A stretch of DNA of 59,518 nt, filler included, from Nitrospinae bacterium RIFCSPLOWO2_12_FULL_45_22 (lineage in GTDB: Bacteria; 2-12-FULL-45-22), in NCBI GenBank assembly GCA_001803565.1. It is 6 parts of 6 records of this genome, joined end to end, with 100 filler letters (N's around TTAATTAATTAA, not from the genome) between each part and the next. Parts side by side here need not be neighbours in the genome. Positions count along the whole stretch, not along the records: positions 22,276 to 31,168 come from MHDQ01000087.1; positions 31,269 to 40,077 come from MHDQ01000089.1; 4 more parts are not named here. One strand, given 5' to 3'. Within the stretch, counting starts at the first letter, position 1, and the number at the start of each line of letters is the position of its first letter. Below the pieces are notes generated by a model, which was not told the DNA's origin, did no database searches, and saw only the letters and a list, made by a program, of their open reading frames with translations. Positions 28,256 to 38,783 of the stretch are shown one piece after another. The translations under genes were made by a program, and so were the position numbers.

Positions 28256-29017
28256 TTACCGGGCCAATCCCCCTCCATCAACATAAATAGAATGGCCGGT
28301 AATAAAATTAGCGGCATCGGACGCCAGAAAGACCACGGCACCAGCGATTTCTTCCGGCTCAGCAATCCGGCCATAGGGTATGTTTCCGGCTACCATCTTA
28401 TAGATATCAGGATTGCTCCAGAGGGGTTTACTAAACTCCGTCCGGGTCAACCCCGGCCCCACACAATTCACATTGATCTTAAATGAGGCCCATTCTACTG
28501 CCATACACATAGAGAGCATTTTCAAGCCCGCCTTGCTGGCATGATAAGGGCCCATATTGATGCCGGCCCGCTCTGCTCCGCCAGTAGTAATATTTATGAT
28601 CCGGCCACCTCCCTGCTCCTTCATTATCTTAGCTGCTTCACGGCTGAGAAGGAATACGGCCTTAAGATTAGTATTAAAGATCTTATCCCACCCCTCTTCT
28701 TTAAAATCAAACAGAGGGCGCATATAACTTAACCCGGCATTATTCACTAATATATCTATCCGCTTAAACTCCTCCATGGTCTTTTGCACTAGGTTACTAA
28801 GTTCCTCTTTGACAGTTATATCGGTTTTTATGGCCAGTGCCTTCCGCCCCTTTTGTTGGATATCTTGAGCTACTTTTTCTAACTCTTCTGGGGTCCGACT
28901 GCAAACCACCACGTTTGCCCCCGCCTCACCTAAAGCCAGGGCAATAGCCTTACCAATACCCTTCCCACCACCGGTTACGATGGCTACTTTGCCGCTGAGT
29001 AAAAGATGGCTGCTCAT
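28256..29017 (-). CDS. Short-chain dehydrogenase/reductase
   Basis: TGGGKGIG, ILVNNAG, YHASK, VDGG; AGGAGGA RBS before ATG 29017. Confidence 0.92.
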   Translation of the reverse strand: MSSHLLLSGKVAIVTGGGKGIGKAIALALGEAGANVVVCSRTPEELEKVAQDIQQKGRKALAIKTDITVKEELSNLVQKTMEEFKRIDILVNNAGLSYMRPLFDFKEEGWDKIFNTNLKAVFLLSREAAKIMKEQGGGRIINITTGGAERAGINMGPYHASKAGLKMLSMCMAVEWASFKINVNCVGPGLTRTEFSKPLWSNPDIYKMVAGNIPYGRIAEPEEIAGAVVFLASDAANFITGHSIYVDGGGLAR

Positions 29018-29149
29018 ATCATCCTCCTTATAAATAATTCTGCCTATAAACACTGTTCAAACAAAATTGCCGCTAAAATTACCATATACAAATTACCAAG
29101 GACAATCCTCCCGGTCAAGCAAATTTAATAGCACCCATCAGTAATCATT

Positions 29150-29277
29150 TACCGCAGAGGAGCAGAGACCCAGAGAAAACTATACTTACGTGATTCGTGT
29201 CCGTAAGAATAAAAGGAAATCCGCTAAATGATCATGGTATTAGACTCTTCTCTGGGCCTCTGCGTCTGCGGTGAAAA
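29150..29277. repeat. Inverted pair of ACCGCAGA-type REP-like repeats
   Basis: ACCGCAGAGGAGCAGAGACCCAGAGAA vs TTCTCTGGGCCTCTGCGTCTGCGGT. Confidence 0.6.
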
Positions 29278-29331
29278 CTTGCAATAAAGTATATGGTTGT
29301 ATTGAGTGGCGTCTTTTGCTATAAAATTCTG

Positions 29332-29391
29332 TAGCCGCATCACATCCCGTACTTCGTCTAACAGTTTCCTTTTCTTTTTGGGTATTGACAT
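29332..29391 (-). pseudogene. N-terminal stub of an integron integrase
   Basis: MSIPKKKRKLLDEVRDVMRL resembles the IntI start (KLLD.VR...R....YS); similarity then stops; divergent from the cassette-like genes and attC. Confidence 0.5.
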
Positions 29392-29522
29392 ATTTTTTTC
29401 GCTTTGATACATATGGCATGAAAGTAGTATGATAATGGCCTAGAGAAAATTTGCCTGAAAAGATACCTAATATCATTATCCCAAGGCAAATTTTCTTGTC
29501 AATAAATGTTCCATTGCCCAAA

Positions 29523-30152
29523 ATGGGCAAGATACTTGGAGGAAGGTTTCTGTTTCTCCGCGTAAATTTACTACTGACGGCCTTGCTGGTGTGTTGCACA
29601 ACCTACCAGGGTTTAGCTCAGGAACTTCAGAGCGTTGATGGGTGGATGGTGGTAGACTCCAGAGGCAATCGCGTAGGTCGCGTGCTCGGAGTATCCAATC
29701 CCGATAACGCGGTAATAGGCTTTGAATCAGACGGTCGCGTCTTTCAGATCAACGTGTGGCCCGGCGGGTTCCGGTTTGGAGGTGGGGTCCTATTCACGTC
29801 GCCGAACTGCCAGGGGCAGCCCTATGTGCCGGTTTCGAAACCTCCGCTCTTCATGGCCTTTGGTATAATTGCTACTCCCGGACACACAGTCTGGGTCGGT
29901 CAGTTGGAAGTTCCACCCCAGACAATCACGGTCGTATCGGTGTTGAACGACACCTGTCAGGCGTCGACCTTCAGTACGTGGGCCTTGCCGGCTATCCCGG
30001 TCGTCAATTTAGATGAACTATTCCTGCCTCCTTTCAAGCTCGCCACCGACACCACGACAGGAGTGCCAGACCATGCGCATACATATCTCACCGGAAAAGG
30101 AGAGGGGCACAACAATGTCACTGCTACAACCGGAGGCATGATTCGTCGCTGA
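29523..30152 (+). CDS. Secreted hypothetical protein (possible gene cassette)
   Basis: Signal-peptide-like NLLLTALLVCC...GLAQ; visibly more GC/CpG-rich than flanks; HAH...GHNN tail. Confidence 0.6.
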   Translation: MGKILGGRFLFLRVNLLLTALLVCCTTYQGLAQELQSVDGWMVVDSRGNRVGRVLGVSNPDNAVIGFESDGRVFQINVWPGGFRFGGGVLFTSPNCQGQPYVPVSKPPLFMAFGIIATPGHTVWVGQLEVPPQTITVVSVLNDTCQASTFSTWALPAIPVVNLDELFLPPFKLATDTTTGVPDHAHTYLTGKGEGHNNVTATTGGMIRR

Positions 30153-30197
30153 AGTCGATCTGCCTCCTCCTAAGAAAACTGGCTCTGCTAAAGGAGT

Positions 30198-30551
30198 GGG
30201 GTCACCCAGTATCTGACTACTGACGCGGTGTTCAGCACCTTGCAAGATGTCGCTTCGTCCTCTGCCCCTGGCAGTGAAATCGTCTTCCAGATTATCCTGC
30301 CCCCATCGATCTTGAGTGCAGAGGACCAGGCAGTGGTGGCCGTGGCCTCCCAGCTTGCAGCACAGCGATGAGAGCCCTGGCGGAGTTTTTTCGAGCCTAA
30401 AGCCCTTGAGGCGCGGCTCAGAGCAATGGGCTTTACCCAGGTCTTCCACTTTGAGCCAGCAGAAGCCTCAAGCCGGTATTTTCAGGGACGGACGGATGGG
30501 CTCCAGTTACCGAATTACTTTGAACTCATCACAGCTAAGGTTGGTGTGTAA
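30198..30551 (+). pseudogene. C-terminal half of a class I SAM-dependent methyltransferase (LCM-like) with an in-frame stop
   Basis: GVTQYLT...APGSEIVF...AAQR*EPWRSFFEP...MGF...RYFQGRTDGL; TGA at 30369-30371 where Gly (RGEPW) is expected; not in the ORF track. Confidence 0.7.
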
Positions 30552-30634
30552 AGGTTCGCTAGAGCTGACTTCCTATTGTTGGGAAAGTACGGGGGAGCAA
30601 CAATGAAGCGTTACCCACCAAGCGGGACTCCGCC

Positions 30635-30728
30635 ACCTAACTCACTGTTCCACCTGACCGCCGCCCGCTTGCGGTTTGGGATGAATCCGAAAGGCCACGG
30701 TGGGGCGGCGGCAGGTGATCGGCAGCGT
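30635..30728 (+). other. Integron attC site, interrupted within R'
   Basis: R'' ACCTAAC, left arm TCCACCTGACCGCCGCCC, right arm GGGCGGCGGCAGGTGA, then CAGCGT broken where GTTRRRY should continue. Confidence 0.75.
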
Positions 30729-31168
30729 GTGTGCCGGGCATGGCACAGGACTGGCGAGGTGAAAGTCCTCGTACCAGGTATTATCGGAGCCGAAGGTTAG
30801 GAGAAGGGCAAGGGCGTCATCGTGAGGTGGGGTCTGGAGGAAGTCCAATCCAAAAGTGCGGGGCGACGAACAGGAACCGGATAGGAGGTGTGGTACATCC
30901 GGGACGAGTGGGCACGTGACCACGAAGTCCTCCATCCGTGATTTGGGTGTGCTTTATAAATCCGGCGTTTACGCACTGAAAGCTCCGTGTCTTACCCCGG
31001 GAGGCCTGTACAGTGTCTTAACAGAAGGTATGGCTGAGATATTGTGGCACCGCCGGGAAACCAGGTGGAAACGGAGAAGACAAAGTTCAGCCTGGAGCCA
31101 CAGTGATAGACTGAGGCACGAGCAATCGTGTCTGATCGCTGTGCAGGAGTCAGCAGAGGGCATATTAG
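30729..31168 (+). mobile_element. Group IIC intron 5' part (domains I-II and start of III), truncated by the contig end
   Basis: 5' GTGTGCCGGGCATGG, GAGGTGAAAGTCCTC, GCAAGGGCGTC...TCTGGAGGAAG, GACGAACAGGAAC, CTTACCCCGGGAGGCCTG, CAGGAGTCAGCAGAGGGCATA: colinear with IIC landmarks. Confidence 0.88.
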
Positions 31169-31268
31169 NNNNNNNNNNNNNNNNNNNNNNNNNNNNNNNN
31201 NNNNNNNNNNNNTTAATTAATTAANNNNNNNNNNNNNNNNNNNNNNNNNNNNNNNNNNNNNNNNNNNN
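31169..31268. other. Artificial contig linker
   Basis: N-TTAATTAATTAA-N. Confidence 0.98.
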
Positions 31269-34200
31269 GGTAATATTTAGTGATAGCCTTTTCCCCGAGG
31301 GGAAAGTCAGGCGAGAAGGCCAGGAGCCAGCGGACAAATCGGGCTATGGTCTCTTCTATAGCCAAAAGGGCCTGGTATTGCTCCTGGGCGCTAATAATAT
31401 AGTCTAATTGATAGAGGGCCTGGCGGTAGGTATCTGCCCCCAGGATATCATTGGCAATCAGGTAAGCCCGTATAATCCGCGGGATAGATTCCCTGGTATC
31501 CTCTATCATCTCTGGAAGGAAGGTAATGCCAGCTTGATTCACAATCTTATTGACCAATTGGGTGGCAATTATGGGCCCTTTCAAGGGATGTAAGGGAATA
31601 AATTTGCCAAACCTCTTCTGAATCTCCTGAGGGAAGTAAGAGAAGAGATATTTTTTTAGGTACTCTTCTTTTATCAACTCTGAATCTAGCAGATCACGTA
31701 CCGCTTTAATTTTTATATGGGCTAGTAATAGGGCTAGTTCTGGCCGCGTTAGGCCAGCATAGCTCTGCTTGCGGCTAATCAATTCTTTATCCGAGGGGAG
31801 GGACTCTTCTTTACGCCGCAAGGTGCCACACGCCTCCAAAAAGTCTATCGCACTAATAAAATCATCCAACCTACCCTTACTCCGTATACGATCCAGACTA
31901 ATGGCCAGGCCCTGGTGATAATTGTGCTGCACCACTAGAGAAAGCACTTCTGGGGTAATATCTTTTAGTATCTTATTCCTTACTGTATAGGTTATTTTTC
32001 CTTTTTTTATCAGTAGATCAAAGAGGATCTTTAGATTAACCTCATGATCAGAGAGGTCTACCCCGCCGGAGTTATCCAGGGCATCGGTATTTATCCTGCC
32101 ACCCTTTAAGGCATACTCAACTCTACCCAGTTGGGTGACACCCAGGTTCCCTCCCTCGGCAATTACTCTTACCTGAACCTGGGAGGCATCTACCCGGACA
32201 TTATCATTATCCTTATCCCCTACATCCAGGTTAGATTCCATAGAGGACTTAATATACGTACCTATACCACCATTCCAGAGCAGGTCTACCTCCAGGGTCA
32301 GGATGAGCCGGATAAGCTCTTCCCCATTTACTACCCCCTTTTCAGTTTGTAATAAGGACTTAGCCTGAGGTGATAACCTTATTTCCTTAGCATCCCGCTT
32401 AAAGACTCCACCACCGGGGCTGATCAGTTTTCTATTGTAGTCTTCCCAGGTAGATTCTCCCTGGCGGAATAACCGGTGCCGCTCCTTCCAGGAGCTAGCC
32501 GGATCCGGGTCTGGGTCGAAGAAGATATGCGTATGATTGAAAGCAGCCAACAGTCTAATCTTGTTAGAGAGTAAAAGACCATTGCCGAATACATCACCAC
32601 TCATATCCCCGATACCAATAACCCTAATCCCTTCTTTCTCTATATCCCGGCCCATTTCCCAGAAATGTCGCTTTACACATTCCCAGGCCCCTTTGGCCGT
32701 GATCCCTTCTTTCTTGTGGTCATAGCCAGCGGAGCCGCCCGAGGCAAAGGCATCCCCTAGCCAGAAATGATACTGGCTGGCGATAGAGTTGGCCGTATCT
32801 GACAGATGGGCAGTGCCTTTATCGGGAGCTACTACCAGATAAGGGTCTTCCTCATCATAACAGAGGCAGACCCCCGGGTGGATGGCCTGGCCATCTATCA
32901 GGTTATCTGTTATGTCTAGCATCCCTTTTATTAAAACCTTATATTTTCCGTCAGCCTTGGCCCTTTCTTCTTCCCGGGTTTGGTATTTGCCATAGATGAT
33001 AAAACCCCCTTTAGAGCCTACGGGTACTATCACCGCATTCTTAATAGTCTGGGTCTTCATCAGACCCAGGATCTCTGTGCGGAAGTCATCCAGCCGATCA
33101 CTCCAGCGGATACCTCCCCGGGCTACCTTACCACCCCTTAGATGCACACCTTCCATATCTTTCTGGTGGACAAAGATCTCATAGAGTGGTTTAGGGATAG
33201 GCATCTTTTCTACTTTGGTCCCCTCAATCTTTACCGATATATAATGTTCTGGTTTGGTGGGCTGATAAAAATTAGTCCGCACCGTCGCCTGGATAAGGTT
33301 AAAGATAGCCCGCAGGATGCGGTCTTCATTGAGCCGGGGGACCTTTTTTAAAAAGCTAAAGAACTTCTCCTCTATCATAGGTAATAAATTAGCCAGCCGA
33401 TGGTTTTGATCTCCGTATTGCTGGTCGGGACAGAATTTAGTAGTAAAATATTCGTATAGCAAAGAGACCCCTTCGGGGTTATTACTCAGGACTTCACCGA
33501 TATTCCGCTTAGTATAAATACCACTGATCTGGTGGAGATAGTTTCGATAGAGGCGGAACAGGTCAACTTCGCGCCAGGATACGTTAACCAGTAAAATCAA
33601 TTTATTAAGCCGGTCGTCTATAGCTATCTCTTTAAAGACCTGGAGGATGCCTTCCAGTAGCTGGGCCTGGGTTTCGGGCTTTATAGCTCTGGCCGGACTA
33701 TCTGCCCGTAGTATCTCAAAGCTCTTTATATAGGCCAGGGGAAGACCTTCGGGCTTTATCTCGGTAGGTACTTCATCCACCACGGTCAGGCCAAAATTGT
33801 CCAGCCGTGGGATAATATCAGTAAGATAGAGCTCTTTCTGGTGGTATAGTTTCAAAGAATAGAGGGATTTACCAGGCTCAGAAGCCTCTTTTTCTATAGA
33901 TGCCTGGGTCTCTCTCTGGGTGTAGAGTTCTTCTAATGATTGAATGTCTTTAATAGCCTGCTCTATCCGGGTGACCGCCTTATATTCCAGAGGGAAGGCC
34001 CGGCTATATTTGTCAGATAAGGCCCGGGCCTGGTTATATGGATAACTTTGCAATAAACCCTCAAACAATTGCTCTTCCCAATCCCTGGTAATATTCTTTA
34101 TGTCTTCCTTTACCTTGTCCAGGTCTATCTTAAGGATATTCTCTTTAGGGGCTCCCAGGTAGAAATGGAGCCGGGCCATAGGATAAATATCCCCCATCTT

Positions 34201-35574
34201 TAACCTAAAATCTGAATAAGTAGCATTAAGAGACTCTACCAGGTACTCTTTTATCCGCTCCTTGGTCTCGGGATTATATTTATCTTTCGGCATCAGGACA
34301 AAGGCCGAGAGGGAGCGGGCCCATTTGTCGCGCTTCAAGAATACACTTACCTCACCCCGCTGCTCGCTGAGGATCATCTGTTTAATGATGGATTGGAGTT
34401 CCTTTACATCGGTATATAAGAGATCCTCAATCGGGATGAAGTTAAAAGAGGCGGCTATATCCTTGTACTGCTGGGATGCCTCAACGGCCCCCTCCAGCCT
34501 GAGGACTTCTTCCATCTTTCTTTTCAGGATAGGGATCTTAGTCCCTTCTTGAGAGATAGCCCTTAAAGTAAAGAGGCCCAATAAAAGCTTGTAACCCACT
34601 ACTTGCCCCTGTTCATTTAGCCTCTTTATCCCTATCTGATCCACCTTGCCGCTGCGGTGCACGACGGTCTCAAAAGGACTTTTGTCAACCATTAATACAT
34701 TAGGGCTGGTAAAAATATCTTTGATCTCTTCAGGCAGCTCTGCTAGTGATTTAGCCAGAGGTATAGGCAGGTCGCCGGCCCGGCAGATGCCCAATTGACT
34801 ACCGGGATCAAGCTGTATATATCGCTCTCCATCATCGTAATAATAAGAATAAGAACAATACCCCAATAGCACCATATTCTCGGCCAGGAGCCAGCGAAGG
34901 AAATCTATGGTTTCTTTTATCTCTGCCTTCTGCTCTGGCAAGTATTGCGCCGAGTATTCCAGATCATTAATAATATCCTTTGTTTCCTTCTCCACCCGGG
35001 GAAAGTCCTGGACTACATATTGGGCTTCCAGCAGGGTCTCTCTTAAGTCATTCTCTATAGTCGCTAATCTCTCTGGGTCTGCTATCCTCTCTATATCTAT
35101 ATGGATTAAGGTTTCTTTGGGCCCGGGTTGTGTGCCCGGCTCAATTCTGATTATCTTATTCTTCCTATCCCTCTCTAGAGTAAATATGGGATGAATACAA
35201 CCGAACTCTTTGATCTTATTTCTCTTCAGGTATAGCTGGATACTATCTGTCAAGAAAGGCTGGTTTTCCAGGGTGGTTTCTATTATGGTATATGGAGAAG
35301 ACCCACCGTCTGCTTTTCCCGGTGGGGTAAAGACCCGTACTTTTATATCCCTGGGTGGTTTATTGTCTATGAATTGGAAGGAGCTTAAGAGGTTCTCTTT
35401 TAACTCGTCTGGTGAGAGCTTGGTTAAGGTATCCCAGGGGACACCAACCAGGCACAACTGGGTAAACTGCCCCAGCAGAGGAAATTTCTTGCTGCCCACC
35501 TCTTTCTGGAGCTTTTCCAAAATCTTGTTGATAAGATCACTTAGAGACTTTTCTGTCTCAACTTTATCAACCAA
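31269..35574 (-). CDS. Large NAD-specific glutamate dehydrogenase, 3' truncated
   Basis: EGVHLRGGKVARGGIRWSDR, KNAVIVPVGSKGGF, DKGTA, FASGGSAGYDHK, GDMSGDVFGNG, EGGNLG, DNSGGVDLSDHEVN. Confidence 0.95.
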
Positions 35575-35680
35575 GCTACGTCTCCCTCACTTAAATCATC
35601 CATCGGTATATTATATACCAAAACCTGGTATGCAACTATTTGGTAATTGTTCATCCACCAAGCCCCTAAGTCACTAAGAC

Positions 35681-35750
35681 CGTAAGCAGTGAGGAGTAAA
35701 GAGTGAGCCGAGATCTGTTAACTTCTTACTGCTCACTGCTCGCTCTTCAC
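35681..35750. repeat. Heptamer-period inverted-repeat hairpin
   Basis: GTAAGCA GTGAGGA GTAAAGA GTGAG ... TTACTG CTCACTG CTCGCTC TTCACG. Confidence 0.6.
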
Positions 35751-35777
35751 GGTTTGTGTCTTAGTGGTAGAGAAGGG

Positions 35778-37391
35778 TTATAAAGTCTGATCTTTTCTCA
35801 AGAATAAGGCTGGGATAATAGCCAGGAGAGAAAAGACACTGATGATGAAAAAACAGTCTTGATAAGCGGCTACCGTTAGTTGCCTAACAGAGACTCCCTT
35901 TAGAAAATCGGCCAAAAGCATCTTATTCTTAAGCACATCCCCTCCTACTACACTGAATCCTTTTAAAGGGATCAGGTTGGTCCCTGCGGCCAATTGGCTT
36001 TTACTTATGTGTTGTATAATATGAGCCTGCTGGCGGCTCACCAATAGGGCCGCTGCCAGGGCTACTCCCAGGCTCCCACCCAGCCCCTGCCGCACAATGT
36101 TTAGGAGACCAGCTCCCATACCTACTTTCTCCTGGGACAATGAGCCTAAAGAAACGGCTATAAGCGGAGACCAGATAATGGCCAGACTGGCATAGCGTGA
36201 GGCTATCATTACCGTCAGAAGCAAATAACTGCTCTGGAGGCTTAAGATGGACATCCAATAGGCGCTCCCGGATAAACAGCATAGGCCCATAATGATCAAA
36301 ATGCGCGCATCTATCCAATCAGAAATACGGCCGGATATCAGCATGATGATACCCATTAATAATGATCCGGGCATTACTAAAAGACCCGCCTCTAATGGGG
36401 TATAACCTAACAAGTCTTGAACAAAAAGGGAGATCAAAAAGATAGAGCTTAGCAAGGATAACCCGAAGAAGATACCTATTAGAGAGCCAACAGAAAAGTT
36501 AACATCTTTATAGAGGTTCAGGTCAATCAAGGGCTCCGGAATCAATTTTTCTAAGACAATGAATACCAGGAAAAAAATGAGAGCCACCAGGAGTAACGAT
36601 TGAATATAAAGAGAATCCCATCCCTTCTCATTGCCCCGTCCCAAGGCCAGGAGGAGACTAACCAAAAAGACTGTCAAAAGCAAAAGCCCGGCGTAATCTA
36701 AGCGGCCGTTTTTACGCTGCCGATTATCCGGAATAAGGTAATAAATAGCCATTAATCCCAGGAGACCAAGAGGAATATTCGAGTAGAAAACCGCACGCCA
36801 ACTGAGATATTCTGTGAGGAAGCCCGCCAGGGTTGGCCCTACAACGGGGCCAAAAGATACCCCAAAACCAAAGATGCCCATAGCTAACCCCTTCTCACTA
36901 GCAGGGAAGATATCCAATAAGATGACCATGGCTAGTGGCATAATGATCCCTGCCCCCATTCCCTGACAGACCCGGAAAAAGATCAATGACGGTAAGCTCC
37001 AGGCTAGAGAGCAGGCCCCTGAGGCCAGGATGAATAGAAATAGGGCCCCAAGAAAGAGTTTCTTGTAACCCAGGATATCACTGAGACGGCCTAGAGTAGG
37101 CATCATCACCGCCATCGCAATCATATAGGCTGATACTACCCATTGGATCTCATCAGGATTGCTCCCAAAATTTTTCATTATCTTGGGAAAGGCAATGTTA
37201 ACCCCGGTACTATTCAAAACTACCATCAAGGTGCCAAAGATTACAATCAGACTAATAACCCATTTATAGTATGAATGATCCGGGGAGAAGATTGAAGGCA
37301 GGGCGCTTTCCTCCATAGTCCCTGGGGTTTTCCTTTTGAAGCTTGATAGTATGGATAAAAATATTTCTTTAAAAATGTCTAGACGTAACAT
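35778..37391 (-). CDS. DHA2-family (EmrB/QacA) MFS efflux permease
   Basis: WVVSAY, GRLSDILG, FRVCQGMGAG, GPVVGPTLAG, WRAVFY.N.P.G; many hydrophobic segments. Confidence 0.9.
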   Translation of the reverse strand: MLRLDIFKEIFLSILSSFKRKTPGTMEESALPSIFSPDHSYYKWVISLIVIFGTLMVVLNSTGVNIAFPKIMKNFGSNPDEIQWVVSAYMIAMAVMMPTLGRLSDILGYKKLFLGALFLFILASGACSLAWSLPSLIFFRVCQGMGAGIIMPLAMVILLDIFPASEKGLAMGIFGFGVSFGPVVGPTLAGFLTEYLSWRAVFYSNIPLGLLGLMAIYYLIPDNRQRKNGRLDYAGLLLLTVFLVSLLLALGRGNEKGWDSLYIQSLLLVALIFFLVFIVLEKLIPEPLIDLNLYKDVNFSVGSLIGIFFGLSLLSSIFLISLFVQDLLGYTPLEAGLLVMPGSLLMGIIMLISGRISDWIDARILIIMGLCCLSGSAYWMSILSLQSSYLLLTVMIASRYASLAIIWSPLIAVSLGSLSQEKVGMGAGLLNIVRQGLGGSLGVALAAALLVSRQQAHIIQHISKSQLAAGTNLIPLKGFSVVGGDVLKNKMLLADFLKGVSVRQLTVAAYQDCFFIISVFSLLAIIPALFLRKDQTL

Positions 37392-37598
37392 GTAGCGGCG
37401 ATTACCAGGATTATAAAATTAAAAGGTGTCAGTAAAACCAACTTTATATGGTAGACAAATATTAACAAATTATTACCCCTTTATCAAACCCAGATCTCCA
37501 TTAGCTGCGGTCAGGAGACTCCTGGGTTCGGGATATTTCCCTTGATGTTTTGTCTAGCGCCTGTATAATAGCGGGCAAAAATAGAGGAGGGTTGAATA

Positions 37599-38777
37599 AT
37601 GGTCAGAGCGCTAGATGGTATTAAGGTACTGGATTTATCCCGGTTATTACCCGGTCCATACTGTAGTATGATGCTGGCCGATTTAGGGGCTGAGGTCTTG
37701 AAAGTCGAGGACCCGGCCCTGGGGGACTATGCCCGGCAGCGGGAGCCCCAGGTAGCTGGGGTAGGAGGTATGTTCCAAATACTTAATAGGAATAAGAAGA
37801 GCCTTACGCTTAACTTGAAGCACCCAGAAGGGGTTGAGATTTTTTATAAGCTGACTAAGGGAGCAGACGTTATCCTGGAGGGTTTTCGCCCCGGGGTGAT
37901 GGACCGCCTGGGCGTGGGCTATGAAAAGATCAGGCAGATAAACCCCAGGATCATCTACTGCTCCTTAACAGGCTATGGCCAGGATGGGCCATATAAGGAT
38001 CTGGTGGGCCATGATATCAATTACCTGAGTTATGGTGGAGTACTGGGTATCAGTGGGCCGAATGATGGTCCCCCTATGAGTGCCGGCGTGCAGATTGCCG
38101 ATATTGGTGGGGGGGGTATGATGGCGGTTATTGGAATTCTCACGGCGATTATAGCCAGGGAAAAACTGGGTAAAGGACAGTTTATTGATATATCCATGCT
38201 GGATGGAGTGATTTCCTGGATGGCCAATCATGCCGGGGATTATTTTGCCTCCGGCAAAGTGCCTAAAAAAGGCGAGGGCCGGCTGGGGGGTGGGCTGGCT
38301 TGCTATACAGTTTATGAGACCAGGGATGGTAAATATATCTCTATAGGCGCCCTGGAGGAAAAATTCTGGGCAAATCTATGCCGTATCCTGGGCAAGGAAG
38401 AGTTTATTGCCGGGCAATATGACTATGGCCCTAAACAGGAGGAGATCAAGGCTGAACTAAGCAAGCTCTTTCTTACCAAGGAACGCGATGAATGGGTAAG
38501 GCTCTTGAACCAGGTAGATATCTGTGCGAGCCCGGTTTATAACCTGGATGAGGTATTTAATGACCCTCAGGTAAGATATCGCAATATGGTATTAGAGATA
38601 GAGCACCCAACAGCAGGTAAGATCAGACAAATAAATAACCCCCTCAAACTTTCTGAAACACCGCCAGCCATCAAAACCCCTGCACCCCTTCTGGGTGAGC
38701 ATACTGATCAGATTCTTACCGAGCTAGGTTATTCTCTGGAAAAGATCAGTAGGCTCCAGCAGCAAAAAGTCATTTGA
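37599..38777 (+). CDS. Class III CoA-transferase / alpha-methylacyl-CoA racemase-like
   Basis: LSRLLPGPYC, NRNKKS, EGFRPGVMDRLG, GHDINY, QIADIGGG. Confidence 0.92.
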   Translation: MVRALDGIKVLDLSRLLPGPYCSMMLADLGAEVLKVEDPALGDYARQREPQVAGVGGMFQILNRNKKSLTLNLKHPEGVEIFYKLTKGADVILEGFRPGVMDRLGVGYEKIRQINPRIIYCSLTGYGQDGPYKDLVGHDINYLSYGGVLGISGPNDGPPMSAGVQIADIGGGGMMAVIGILTAIIAREKLGKGQFIDISMLDGVISWMANHAGDYFASGKVPKKGEGRLGGGLACYTVYETRDGKYISIGALEEKFWANLCRILGKEEFIAGQYDYGPKQEEIKAELSKLFLTKERDEWVRLLNQVDICASPVYNLDEVFNDPQVRYRNMVLEIEHPTAGKIRQINNPLKLSETPPAIKTPAPLLGEHTDQILTELGYSLEKISRLQQQKVI

Positions 38778-38783
38778 TGTCTA

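Noticed and set aside
30160-30200. Possible second attC after the secreted protein gene
   Set aside because: Only a weak CTCCT...AGGAG hairpin; lacks RYYYAAC/GTTRRRY boxes
30369-30371. TGA as selenocysteine
   Set aside because: The position corresponds to Gly rather than Cys, and the gene is also 5' truncated
30316-31224. Several short ORFs in the ORF track
   Set aside because: They overlap the methyltransferase pseudogene, attC and structured intron RNA; spurious
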